Source of the DNA: Bythopirellula sp.
Lineage (GTDB): Bacteria > Planctomycetota > Planctomycetia > Pirellulales > Lacipirellulaceae
Direction of reading: 5' to 3'
Assembly: GCA_965216565.1 (NCBI GenBank)
Contig: OZ244170.1
Span: forward strand, 4,672,001 to 4,736,000
DNA length: 64,000 nt
This document shows positions 9,269 to 18,553 of this stretch, in pieces. Positions within the stretch are counted from its first letter, which is position 1. Every line of letters starts with the position of its first letter. The translations under genes and the position numbers were made by a program. The notes under the pieces are model-generated. The model saw only the letters and a program-made list of their open reading frames with translations, had not been told where the DNA came from and did not search any database.

Positions 9269-9366
9269 TATTTTACGGTCTCAGCCCGCGATGGAGTGTT
9301 TCGCCCCGTCTGTGCTGGCCGTGAAGTACTGAAATCTAGAACATTGCGTAGAATCTGGCACAGGAT

Positions 9367-10161
9367 ATGGCGCAGACCATTCTCGAAGAGATCGTCGCCA
9401 CCAAGCGCCAAGAAGTAGCCGCTGCTAAGAGTCGCACTCCTCAGCAAGACTTGCAGTCCGCCCTGGCGGGTGCACCGCCGGTGCGAAATTTCTTTGCAGC
9501 ACTCGACGCTGAGGATTCTATTCAGCTGATTGCTGAAGTGAAGAAGGCCAGTCCTTCGGCAGGGATCATCCGAGCTGATTTTGATCCCGTCTCCATTGCC
9601 AAGATCTACGAGTCGCATGGGGCCGCCTGCATCAGTTGCTTAACTGATGAGTCGTACTTTCAAGGCAGCTTGGAGTACCTCAAGCAAATCCGTCAGCAAG
9701 TATCGATCCCAGTACTTCGCAAAGACTTTATCATTGATAGCTATCAGTTGCTCGAAGCGCGAGTCGCTGGTGCCGATGCCGTCCTGCTAATTGCCGAGTG
9801 TCTGGACGATTGCAATCTGCGAGCGCTGCACAACGAAGCCATCGAACTAGGCATGACGCCACTAGTCGAATTCTACGAGCCGGCAAACCTGGAGCGCGTG
9901 TTAGCAGCGGGCGCGAGGCTTATTGGCGTGAACAACCGCAACCTGCACACGTTCGAGGTCGATCTCGATCATACCTTGCGTATGAAAGAGATCATTCCCG
10001 ACGAGTGCCTGCTGGTGGGCGAGAGCGGAATCAAAACCCATGCGGACGTCACTCGACTGCAGCAAGCAGGGGTCGACGCCATCCTGGTGGGCGAAACGCT
10101 CATGCGTCAGTCCGATATCGGACAGGCAGTCGACACACTGCTGGGACGCAGTGCGACTTAG
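9367..10161 (+). CDS. trpC: Indole-3-glycerol phosphate synthase
   Basis: IAEVKKASPSAG, LRKDFI, GVNNRNL and ESGI motifs. Confidence 0.96.
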   Translation: MAQTILEEIVATKRQEVAAAKSRTPQQDLQSALAGAPPVRNFFAALDAEDSIQLIAEVKKASPSAGIIRADFDPVSIAKIYESHGAACISCLTDESYFQGSLEYLKQIRQQVSIPVLRKDFIIDSYQLLEARVAGADAVLLIAECLDDCNLRALHNEAIELGMTPLVEFYEPANLERVLAAGARLIGVNNRNLHTFEVDLDHTLRMKEIIPDECLLVGESGIKTHADVTRLQQAGVDAILVGETLMRQSDIGQAVDTLLGRSAT

Positions 10162-10925
10162 CTGTCCTGCGAATTCCGGAGTCTTCGTCTTGTTACTAGC
10201 AAGGAGCCGGCCGACAGCATTGCCAAGCCAACTGTGGATGGCTCAGGTATGAGCATCGTTCCCGAGATGGTCATAGCACCCGAGGCGAGTACTGCTTCCA
10301 ACGGATTGCCGGCGGTCATTGGCAACGTAGCCGTGTACGATACGACGATCGGCTGATTGGGATCGAACGCAAGCCCACCGGGTAGATTCTGGCTATCCAG
10401 CGACGAGGCAGTTCCAGTGATCAGGAAGACATTATCTGTAATGGCCACGTTGAGCTGCTCGAAGTTCAGCTTCAAGAAGCGGCCAGCATCATCGAACCAA
10501 TGAAATCCGAAGTCGTCGGTATTGGCACCTACCGAAGCGAAGTTCAGGCCCTTGGTCAACTGACCGACGCCATCCAAGGAAAAATCGCCCCACATGTCGT
10601 TCATAAATGGCGAGCCTGTGATGGGAGTCATATCGAGTTCGAAGACGGCACCCTGCAGAGGATCTGCTTCGTTTGCATCCATATTGCCACCCGGTTTGCC
10701 AGTCATATCGTAAATGGCACCGCCGGCCTGGTTGTTGTAGATCATGTCCATATCGGACAGGATGATGTTGATGGTTCCTGCGGAAGCATGCGAACTGAGC
10801 ATGGCCCCCAGAACGAAGGCTAGGAGAGTGAGCATCACTCGACCTGCGCCATAGGGGCGTGACATCCAATGAGGCACGTTCGACGTGCAATCTCGTGGGC
10901 TACAAACTTGTGTGTGGCTAAACAT
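10158..10925 (-). CDS. PEP-CTERM sorting domain protein
   Basis: Hydrophobic signal segment LTLLAFVLGAMLSSHASA; C-terminus IPEPSTVGLAMLSAGSLLVTRRR; start uncertain. Confidence 0.85.
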   Translation of the reverse strand: MFSHTQVCSPRDCTSNVPHWMSRPYGAGRVMLTLLAFVLGAMLSSHASAGTINIILSDMDMIYNNQAGGAIYDMTGKPGGNMDANEADPLQGAVFELDMTPITGSPFMNDMWGDFSLDGVGQLTKGLNFASVGANTDDFGFHWFDDAGRFLKLNFEQLNVAITDNVFLITGTASSLDSQNLPGGLAFDPNQPIVVSYTATLPMTAGNPLEAVLASGAMTISGTMLIPEPSTVGLAMLSAGSLLVTRRRLRNSQDS

Positions 10926-11111
10926 GGTTGGTTTCGCTCTCGGTATGAATAGTTACTAGTAAAAAGCCCTCGGATTAAGCGACTCATGCCCCTAGGGGCT
11001 TTCGTCTTCCTTGCTTGTCTTTCGGCAGTACTTCGAAATTTCGTCTGAGTGCCTGCCATTCTTGGAAAGCTAACTCAAGCGGTTTCACGGTCTCTTATTG
11101 TTTGCAGCGTG

Positions 11112-11327
11112 TTACCAACTCATTCGCTTATTGGCTCGTTGGTGCATGCCGCCTATTTTTTTGGATTTACTTTTGGTCGATTTGACTTTTCTTTTCGTAT
11201 TGGCTCGCGAGCGAGTTGCACTTGGTCGCGGAGCTCGATTTTGCCGACGCGGCGCTATCGAGTAAGCCATGGAATAATCAGTGTCTCCATCAAGCAATTC
11301 AGGTTCTTTTTCTTTTCTGTTGCGCAT
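11112..11327 (-). CDS. Small basic protein (71 aa) ending GGMHQRANKRMSW
   Basis: Acidic N-terminal part with DYS, K/R-rich C-terminal part; C-terminal motif shared with the ORF at 12330-12509. Confidence 0.7.
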   Translation of the reverse strand: MRNRKEKEPELLDGDTDYSMAYSIAPRRQNRAPRPSATRSRANTKRKVKSTKSKSKKIGGMHQRANKRMSW

Positions 11328-11979
11328 CGGTAGAAATCCTGCTATGGGTTAAGGGGGTTATCCGGTCGCCGCCTCTGGCCATTGATTCACCGCTTTGGGG
11401 AGGTGATTCTTGAGTAGGTGGTGGCATACTTGCCATCAACATTTGGATCGAGTTGGAAGTGGATTGATGTTCCAGTCCTGAGCTAGCGGTACGCGCTACT
11501 GCCTTGCGCGCCTCTTCAAACACCCAGTTGATCTTGCGAGGGTTGGTCACCTGGGGCAGGTAGGACCACGCGCCTAGACCTCGAGCCCAGATTTCTTCGC
11601 TCGAGTCTTCGCTGTTCCCACAAAGGATGAGAAGCGAATCGGAGATATCGCAGACCTTTGCCGATGCTTCGCGCATCTTCTGATAGTTGACTTGATTTGG
11701 CTCCGGCAAATCGACAATCGTTAGTGGCACCTTCATGCGGAAGAGGTGCTTAATGAACTTGCCTGCGTTGTTGCAAACGATTGCATCCCACGCCTCGTTC
11801 TCAGCGGCAGACTGCAAACCCTCGGCTCGGGAGTCGTTCCAGGAATAGATCAGGCAGCGCAGTAGGCCTGGTGGAGCTAACATCCGCATCGGTGCACCAG
11901 GTTTCCCGACAGGTTCTGTCGGCTGAGGCACCGCTTGCGCGTGTTCTGTAACAGTGGAATTCGGAGAGGCTGACGCCAC
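11299..11979 (-). CDS. Degenerate response-regulator receiver (pseudo-receiver) protein
   Basis: Receiver-like pattern CLIYSWND..LTIVDLPE..LLILCG..EEIWARGLGAWSYLPQ; ggag RBS before GTG. Confidence 0.62.
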   Translation of the reverse strand: MASASPNSTVTEHAQAVPQPTEPVGKPGAPMRMLAPPGLLRCLIYSWNDSRAEGLQSAAENEAWDAIVCNNAGKFIKHLFRMKVPLTIVDLPEPNQVNYQKMREASAKVCDISDSLLILCGNSEDSSEEIWARGLGAWSYLPQVTNPRKINWVFEEARKAVARTASSGLEHQSTSNSIQMLMASMPPPTQESPPQSGESMARGGDRITPLTHSRISTDAQQKRKRT

Positions 11980-12329
11980 AGTGTTAGCTCCAAGTAGGTG
12001 TGTTATCGATGGTGTGGTCGATCTTCAGACATGTGTTTTCCCCACGGCCTGTTGATACTTATGTAAAACGTGCCCAAGCAGGAACGGGGTTAGGCGCAAC
12101 ATGCGCTCAACCTCACCCAGGCGCAGTACTAGGAGTTCAGCACTCCGAGCGCATGCGACGGGCAATTGTCCTACAGCTTGCTCTAAATTGTTCCCTCGGC
12201 GCACTCATGCTTCGCGCCGGTCCGTTGTTCAGTTCAGCAATTGTGCAAAGCACAATCAGCAGCGCAGCTAAAGATTGGTCGGACCTCAGCAGCAACGTAT
12301 GGCTGCAGACGATCCTGGCAATCGCGGCG

Positions 12330-12509
12330 CTACCAAGTCATCTTGCGTCGGCGACGCTTGTGGATTCCATTCACAGATTGCGGACCCTTGCCACGCTTCC
12401 GGCCGTGCGTAGGACGCCGCGACTTCGAAGCTTTGATAGGAGTGGATCGGCGGAATGTGTCGTTGCTGTAGTCAGCTTCCATAGCTTCATAAGATTGGGA
12501 ATGACTCAT
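12330..12509 (-). CDS. Small basic protein (59 aa) ending NGIHKRRRRKMTW; absent from the ORF track
   Basis: AAGGAG RBS 9 nt before ATG; MSHSQSYEAMEADYSNDTFRRSTPIKASKSRRPTHGRKRGKGPQSVNGIHKRRRRKMTW; first ORF after a sigma54 promoter. Confidence 0.75.
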   Translation of the reverse strand: MSHSQSYEAMEADYSNDTFRRSTPIKASKSRRPTHGRKRGKGPQSVNGIHKRRRRKMTW

Positions 12510-12662
12510 TGACTAGGTCTCCTTAGACGAATCACAGTTGCTCTAGCACGTGGGCGCGGGGCCAACATCACGCAGCTAGTTGTTCATGCCGTCAGCAATA
12601 AGCTGACGGGGAGTGAAGCGTTGCCGGTCGTTTTCCAGTTCGCTTCGACAGCAACTGTTAAC

Positions 12663-12677
12663 GCGATTCGCGTGCCA
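12663..12677 (-). promoter_or_regulatory. Sigma54 -24/-12 promoter
   Basis: Minus strand TGGCACGCGAATCGC, i.e. GG-N10-GC with a perfect TGGCACG -24 element. Confidence 0.72.
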
Positions 12678-12762
12678 GTTCCGGAAAGTGTTGCTAAGAA
12701 ACGCTCAAGTCCTTACGGCTAAGACGTTTGCAGCCAGCGCTTGGAGAAACGCAAAGAATGAG

Positions 12763-12871
12763 TTGCATCACCAAACTAGTGATGCAATTTGCCGTGAAAT
12801 TCACTTCGCATTAGTCGGCTAGATCAGAATGGCAGATTCACTACCTTGGTGATCCATCACCATTTGGGTGA
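12763..12871. promoter_or_regulatory. Three candidate enhancer (UAS) boxes, TCACYA-N3-TRGTGA
   Basis: TCACCA-AAC-TAGTGA (12768-12782, inside the palindrome ttgcatcac-N7-gtgatgcaa), TCACTA-CCT-TGGTGA (12838-12852) and TCACCA-TTT-GGGTGA (12857-12871). Confidence 0.68.
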
Positions 12872-13079
12872 GGGCTGGGAAACCGCTCTCAAAAGCCCTT
12901 ATTTGGCCGATTTCGGGAAGGTCGCTAGCATCGTCGTCGGACAGGGAGCAATGGCGGAGACGTCTAGTGGCAAGGTGCTGAGAGGGCCAGGAACGGCTAC
13001 CGATTGAACCCGTTCAGGCAGCACGAAAGAGGGGCCCTACTATGCCAAGATAGCACCGCGTTGCATTACCCAGAGTGGG

Positions 13080-14051
13080 TTATTCTTGGTCGTTTTCGAT
13101 TTGAGCTAGCAGCCTAGTCATCGTGTTGGGGTGAACTCCCAGCAGTTCGGCCGCTTTGCCCTTGTGACCATCAGTTGTTTTCAGCGCTTGCTGCACCGCA
13201 GCCTGACGCAGACGGCCGAGGTCGGTGAAGGGCAGCCGCGATTCTCTGCCATCGTTAATATCTAGCCCTGGAAGCATAGGTTCGCATTCCAAGACGTAAC
13301 TCTGCTCGATGACGTATCCAAGTTGTCGTAGGTTGCCAGGCCAATGATATTCGCAGAACTTGCGCAGTATTTCGGCGTCGGGTTGCCAGACTTCTTGCTC
13401 ATACTGGGCTGCATACTTGCGTGAGAAAAAGTCTATAAAACTAGGGATATCCTCAGCTCGCTCGCGAAGCGGAGGCATGTGCAATTCAACCAAATTGAGT
13501 CGGTAAAACAGGTCCTCGCGGAAGCGCCCTTCTTCCACATCGCGAATTAAATTGCGATTGGTTGCGGCACAAACTTGCACATCGATCTTCACCGGATGGG
13601 CAGCGCCTACGGGTGTGACTTCGCCTTCCTGCAGAACTCGCAGCAGTTTTGGTTGCAATTCCAAAGGCATATCGCCGACTTCGTCGAGGAATACTAGGCC
13701 CTCGTGAGCCGATCGGAAGACACCTAAACTCTTGCCTGCCGCACCTGTAAACGCTCCGCGTTCGTGGCCGAATAGCTGGCTCTCAGCGAGTGTGGCGGTG
13801 AGTGCCGCGCAATTGACCGGGACAAATGGCTTAGAATGCCTAGGTCCCAAACGATGAAGAAGCCGCGCCCATACTTCCTTGCCCGTACCGGTTTCGCCGG
13901 TAATTAGCACGGTACATTCCACTTGAGCAGCACGCTCAGCGTGGTGCGCGATCTTGTTAATTGACGGATCGCGTCCTATGAGTAGGCTCGCTGGATCCTC
14001 AGGCGGCAGGGAAGCCACCGAGTCTAGCGAAACCGCTATAGTAGATGCCAT
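13080..14051 (-). CDS. Sigma54-dependent enhancer-binding protein without an N-terminal sensor domain
   Basis: Walker A GETGTGKE, intact GAFTGA, FLDEVG, FREDLFYRL, WPGNLRQL, C-terminal HTH; only ~20 aa precede the AAA+ domain. Confidence 0.93.
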   Translation of the reverse strand: MASTIAVSLDSVASLPPEDPASLLIGRDPSINKIAHHAERAAQVECTVLITGETGTGKEVWARLLHRLGPRHSKPFVPVNCAALTATLAESQLFGHERGAFTGAAGKSLGVFRSAHEGLVFLDEVGDMPLELQPKLLRVLQEGEVTPVGAAHPVKIDVQVCAATNRNLIRDVEEGRFREDLFYRLNLVELHMPPLRERAEDIPSFIDFFSRKYAAQYEQEVWQPDAEILRKFCEYHWPGNLRQLGYVIEQSYVLECEPMLPGLDINDGRESRLPFTDLGRLRQAAVQQALKTTDGHKGKAAELLGVHPNTMTRLLAQIENDQE

Positions 14052-14378
14052 ATCTCAACTCCGAGGAGCAAGGCCTGGTTCCATACCTCGCTCCACTAAT
14101 TCAATGCCCCTAGTTTCGAGATTCGCGTTCCGATGCTCCTCTGAAACTATCCAACTCAAATCACTGGCGGCCCAGCCTATAGTTGTGAAAAAAATTTCCA
14201 GGACGACGTAAATACCTGACCCACAGTTCTTTGCAGGCCACGCAGTCCAACCCTTATTGTAAACCCAAGCCGGAATTCACTCAAACAATCTGTATTGGAT
14301 AAAACGTCCATTCTAGCTAAAGCGCAACGATTATAACGATTTTTGAAGGAGCATTGTAAGTCCAGTGATTTCAGAGAC

Positions 14379-15209
14379 TTACGGGTCTCCAGAGGGGGGA
14401 GATAGCTGCTTTCCGACTGGGGATTGGGGGTGGGAGACTGGCGCAGTGTGAATATCCGGAGTTTTTGGCCTCCAAGGGACCAATTTCCTACCTGGAATCG
14501 ACGACCGCTCCGTGGCAAAAAATAGGACGTGCTGCCAGGGCAACTCATCGAATTGACGGACCAGTTTGAACTTGTTCGCGGCCAACTCTTTCAACACCTG
14601 GGGCTGGCTCATCTTGTGCAGCGGGCGAATCGGGACGTTGGGATCTTCCTCGCGAAACTCTACTAAGACCAGCAGCCCGTCGCGTTTCAGGCTGCGATGC
14701 ATCGCCTTCAATACGGGTTCGGGCTCGAAGAGTTCATGGTAGACATCGACCATCAGCACCAGATCGACCGAATTCGGTCTAAGCCCTGGATCGGCTTCAG
14801 TCGCTAGGACAGGCTCAATGTTGGTAATACCACGGGACTGGGCACGTTCTGTTAACAGGTCGAGCATTTCTTGCTGAATATCAACTGCCAATACACGGCC
14901 ACGCGGTCCAACTCGGTGTGCCAATTCAATCGAGTAGTAGCCGTTGCCGCATCCAAAATCGCATACCGTCTGCCCCTTCTTTAGCTTGAGGGCACCCAGC
15001 AGTAACTTGGGCTGCTCTTCTTTCTCGCGCGATTTGCGAATGAGCCAGTCAGCGCCGCTGGCCGACATGGTGGGAGCGATTTGTCGGCCCATGTACCAAC
15101 CGGGACGCGACTCGCGTTTGCTGGATTCAAGTTCTGCGGCCCTCGAGTTAGGCGTGAAGCAGATTGCTACAAGTAGCACTACAGAAATGCGTCTGACAAC
15201 AGTCGACAT
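14379..15209 (-). CDS. Class I SAM-dependent methyltransferase with signal peptide
   Basis: VCDFGCGNGY, AVDIQ and VDVYHE motifs; start approximate. Confidence 0.85.
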   Translation of the reverse strand: MSTVVRRISVVLLVAICFTPNSRAAELESSKRESRPGWYMGRQIAPTMSASGADWLIRKSREKEEQPKLLLGALKLKKGQTVCDFGCGNGYYSIELAHRVGPRGRVLAVDIQQEMLDLLTERAQSRGITNIEPVLATEADPGLRPNSVDLVLMVDVYHELFEPEPVLKAMHRSLKRDGLLVLVEFREEDPNVPIRPLHKMSQPQVLKELAANKFKLVRQFDELPWQHVLFFATERSSIPGRKLVPWRPKTPDIHTAPVSHPQSPVGKQLSPPSGDP

Positions 15210-15376
15210 AGGGAAACCGCATCGGTAGAGGCTGGAGGACCATCGCAATGATAGTCTAGCGCTCGCCCACTTGCCATGTGCAGTGGTTCGTGGGCTCTGG
15301 TAGGTGCGGCACCTACCCTACAATTTCGCTATTGGCCGAATTTACCTGGCTAGTTTTGCGAATTACTGTTTGAGAA

Positions 15377-17059
15377 TTACTTCTCGCCAGATACCGCCTC
15401 GGCGATATTTTGCGTGTGATCGAGCACCCGTGCGTAAGCGTTCAGCGAGGCCAAATAGGCGACGTTTACCAGCGGGGGGACGCCGCCGTTTGATAGGTCG
15501 TCGAGATGTTTGCGACGCAAATGCTTGATATGAGTGCGAATACGTTTGGCGCTCGGCGCGGTTTCGACCAAGATATTTTCGTTGCCCACCTTGAGGGCGT
15601 TGTTAATCGATTTCAAATGCTCGAGCAATTCGTGATTTAGCTCACCGAATCCGGCGCGTTGTTCGGAGGAGAAACGGTGGCCATCGCGTCGTAGCTTGCG
15701 GTCGAATTCGTCGAGGTTAGCAATGTAATCGCTCACCGACTCGAATTCATCGGCCATCCGCAACTGGCGCCGCGCTTCGTCGGCCAATGCGTGGGGAACA
15801 TTCCCAGAGAGCAAGTTGGTGATGAACACCGCCACTTCGTCCTGGATGGAGTCGAGCACCTGTTCGCGGCGTTTAAGGCGATTGGCAAGTTGCTTGTCTG
15901 GGTCGTCTTGGTTGCGTAGTTCAACCAGCCATTGCAGCATTTTCTCGCACCCATTGCCCATCCGTTCTAGCTCGGCCTGCGATTGCTCAATAGCCATCGC
16001 TGGGGTGTCGAGCATGCGCATATCGAGATCGGTAAGGTGCGGTTTCTCCTTGAATTCTTTGACTGGAACCAGCCTCTCGAGCAGGCCCACAAGTTTGGGC
16101 ACCAGGGGCAAGAACAGCACGGTATTTGCGATGTTAAAAATACTGTGCGTCGCCGCGATGGCGGGGGTGGTATTTGGGTAGGTCGACTTTTCGCCGTCCA
16201 TCACCAGTTCGTTCACGTCCAGGTTCAGCAGCCACTGCACTAACTCGATGTACTTGAAAAAAAGGAGCGTAATCCAAAGAACGCCCAGCATATTGAACAA
16301 GACGTGAAAATAGGCGGCACGACGGGCGTTTGTCGTGGCTCCAAGCGAGGCCAATAACGCGGTAATTGTCGTGCCGACGTTTTCGCCGAGTATCAGAGCC
16401 GCTGCGGTATCGTAAGAGATCACTCCGTTGAAGGCGAGCGAAATGGTGATTCCTAGTGTGGCAGAAGACGACTGCACCAGCGTCGTGAGCAGGCAGCCCA
16501 CGAGAGCGCACTTGAGAACGCCAAAATAGCTGTCGGCCTTGAACGTTTGGAACCAATCTTCGAAGTCAGGATTCTCTTTGATAATCGCGCAGGCATCTTT
16601 CATGAGCTCCAGGCCGAAGAAAACCATGCCGATGCCCATGATCGCCATCGCCCAATAACGCCAGCGATCGCCGCGGGAAAAGAGGTAAACGAACGCAGCT
16701 ACCCCGAGTAGTGGTAGTCCGTATTTGCCAATTTTCAGCACTAAGATCCAGCCGGTAATCGTCGTGCCAATATTGGCGCCCATAATGACACCAACCGCCT
16801 GCATCAGGCTCATCACGCCGCTGTTGACGAAGCCGACAACCATGACTGTGGTGATGGAACTTGATTGCACGACACAGGTAACAATCACGCCGACGATAAT
16901 GGCGAATAGCCGGTTGCCAGTGACTGTGCTGATGAGCCGTCGCAAGCTGCTGCCGGCCACGGTTTGCAAGCCATCGGACATGTATTTCATACCGAGCAAA
17001 AAGATGCCCAGACCACCAGCCAACTCGCAGGCCAACTGTATCAACGAAGCAAGATTCAA
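15377..17059 (-). CDS. Na+/phosphate cotransporter family protein with PhoU-like C-terminus
   Basis: Two QSSS repeats, GANIGTT and GENVGTT; start approximate (TTG). Confidence 0.9.
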   Translation of the reverse strand: MNLASLIQLACELAGGLGIFLLGMKYMSDGLQTVAGSSLRRLISTVTGNRLFAIIVGVIVTCVVQSSSITTVMVVGFVNSGVMSLMQAVGVIMGANIGTTITGWILVLKIGKYGLPLLGVAAFVYLFSRGDRWRYWAMAIMGIGMVFFGLELMKDACAIIKENPDFEDWFQTFKADSYFGVLKCALVGCLLTTLVQSSSATLGITISLAFNGVISYDTAAALILGENVGTTITALLASLGATTNARRAAYFHVLFNMLGVLWITLLFFKYIELVQWLLNLDVNELVMDGEKSTYPNTTPAIAATHSIFNIANTVLFLPLVPKLVGLLERLVPVKEFKEKPHLTDLDMRMLDTPAMAIEQSQAELERMGNGCEKMLQWLVELRNQDDPDKQLANRLKRREQVLDSIQDEVAVFITNLLSGNVPHALADEARRQLRMADEFESVSDYIANLDEFDRKLRRDGHRFSSEQRAGFGELNHELLEHLKSINNALKVGNENILVETAPSAKRIRTHIKHLRRKHLDDLSNGGVPPLVNVAYLASLNAYARVLDHTQNIAEAVSGEK

Positions 17060-17302
17060 CGTGCCGTTCCTACCTGTAATGCAGAGTAAAAAACCATATT
17101 CAGACGCCAATATGGCTAAGAGTATAGGGTGCGTCCCTATGATTGCAACCGGCAGTTTGCGAGGCCGAAAGTGGGGTATCTGAAACGGGGGAATTGGGTC
17201 GTTTTTCGCACGCAGAAGCACAACACTTCACTGGGGCCTAGGGCAGAATGAGTGGCCGTTTCACCCTAATTTTGCTCTGCAGAAAAAGCGAAGAGATCTT
17301 GG

Positions 17303-17387
17303 CCCCCTCTCCCCGGATAGTTGGGCAACTGTAGGTTTATTGCACGGGTAATTCACCGATCGACAGGGGAGAGGGTTGGGGTGAGGG
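17303..17387. repeat. REP-like hairpin (ccccctctcccc ... ggggagagggttggggtgaggg)
   Basis: Same family as the hairpins at ~2055, ~8742 and ~26510. Confidence 0.6.
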
Positions 17388-17620
17388 AATCTCGACTAGA
17401 ATCGCATTTCTTCTTCCACACCAAGAAATCGTGCGATCGCAAGCGCGACTGATTCTACATCACTAAGTTCGTAGGGTGTGCCATAGCGAAGCAGCGGCAC
17501 ACCGAAGGGATCGATGTCAAATTCTCACTCTAAGTGGGCCTGACGGCACCACTCTGCGGCAGTCAATTCAAAGTTGCCTCTGCTTGATCCGCTGAGGTAA
17601 CTTGCAGCTTTGCTTAGAAT

Positions 17621-18535
17621 CTAGGCTGCTTGATTGGCGATCGCGGTTTCTTCCAGTGCGCAGACCGACAGCTTCATGCTGGTTGCGGCTTCCGAGAATT
17701 GTTTGCCATCCAATAGGATGGTGCGAGCCGCTTCGATGGCGAGCGTATTGCCGCCCGCGGTGGCAATTGATTCTAGAGTTTGCGGGCCGACGGTCGGCAC
17801 GTCGAAACGCATGTCTTGGTTGGGTTTGGCGACTTTCACCACCGTGAAACCGCCTCCCTTGCAGAGTTCGCCGGCGCGACGGATGCACGCATCGGTGCCT
17901 TCAATTGCCTCGACGGCGATCACCGCCTGGTTCTTTACACAAACAGTTTGGCCGACGTCCAACCCGCCCATTTGCCGGGCCAAATTCCAGCCGAAGGTGA
18001 CGTCTCGATGCTCTTTGTCGCTGAGCCGTCTTCCCGCAATATGGCCGGCGGGCACTAGTAATTCGGGAGCAAAGTTTGTGGCTGGCTCGAAGGTGATGCC
18101 ATCGCGGGCAAAAATGTCGACCACCGTTTGCAGCAGTGTATCGTCTTTGCGATCTTTCGTACCAGCTAGAAAATGGGGCGAGAAGGCACGCAGCGTTTTC
18201 CAGTCGGGACGATGTTTGAGCCACCAGCGTGGTTGAAACAACAGGACCTTATGCACTTTGCCCGCCATTGTAGCTTGGGAAACTCCCCACTGACGAAACA
18301 GTCGGACCGCCTTGCCAATGCCCCCGATACCGATCCAATCGAACTCGTCGCATAAATCGGCCAGTCGCGGTTCTGCGTGGTCGCGGATGCCGATTCCAAC
18401 CACGCGCCGGCCTTGTTTGCGCAATGCACAAGCGACGGCGAAGGGGAAGCTGCCCCAACCGGCTAAAAGCCCAATGGGCGGTTCCGGAGAGGAAGGCTGA
18501 TCGCTGGACGACTGTTTGCGGAATCTTTGGAACAT
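17621..18535 (-). CDS. lpxI: UDP-2,3-diacylglucosamine diphosphatase LpxI
   Basis: GLLAGWGSFP, DVGQTV, AVEAIEGTD, KPNQDMRFDVPTVG; adjacent to lpxD. Confidence 0.9.
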   Translation of the reverse strand: MFQRFRKQSSSDQPSSPEPPIGLLAGWGSFPFAVACALRKQGRRVVGIGIRDHAEPRLADLCDEFDWIGIGGIGKAVRLFRQWGVSQATMAGKVHKVLLFQPRWWLKHRPDWKTLRAFSPHFLAGTKDRKDDTLLQTVVDIFARDGITFEPATNFAPELLVPAGHIAGRRLSDKEHRDVTFGWNLARQMGGLDVGQTVCVKNQAVIAVEAIEGTDACIRRAGELCKGGGFTVVKVAKPNQDMRFDVPTVGPQTLESIATAGGNTLAIEAARTILLDGKQFSEAATSMKLSVCALEETAIANQAA

Positions 18536-18553
18536 GTTGTTGCTTTGGTGGCT

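Noticed and set aside
12000..12512. 170-aa plus-strand ORF
   Set aside because: No recognisable features, and it is antisense to the 59-aa ORF that has an RBS, a promoter and a paralog
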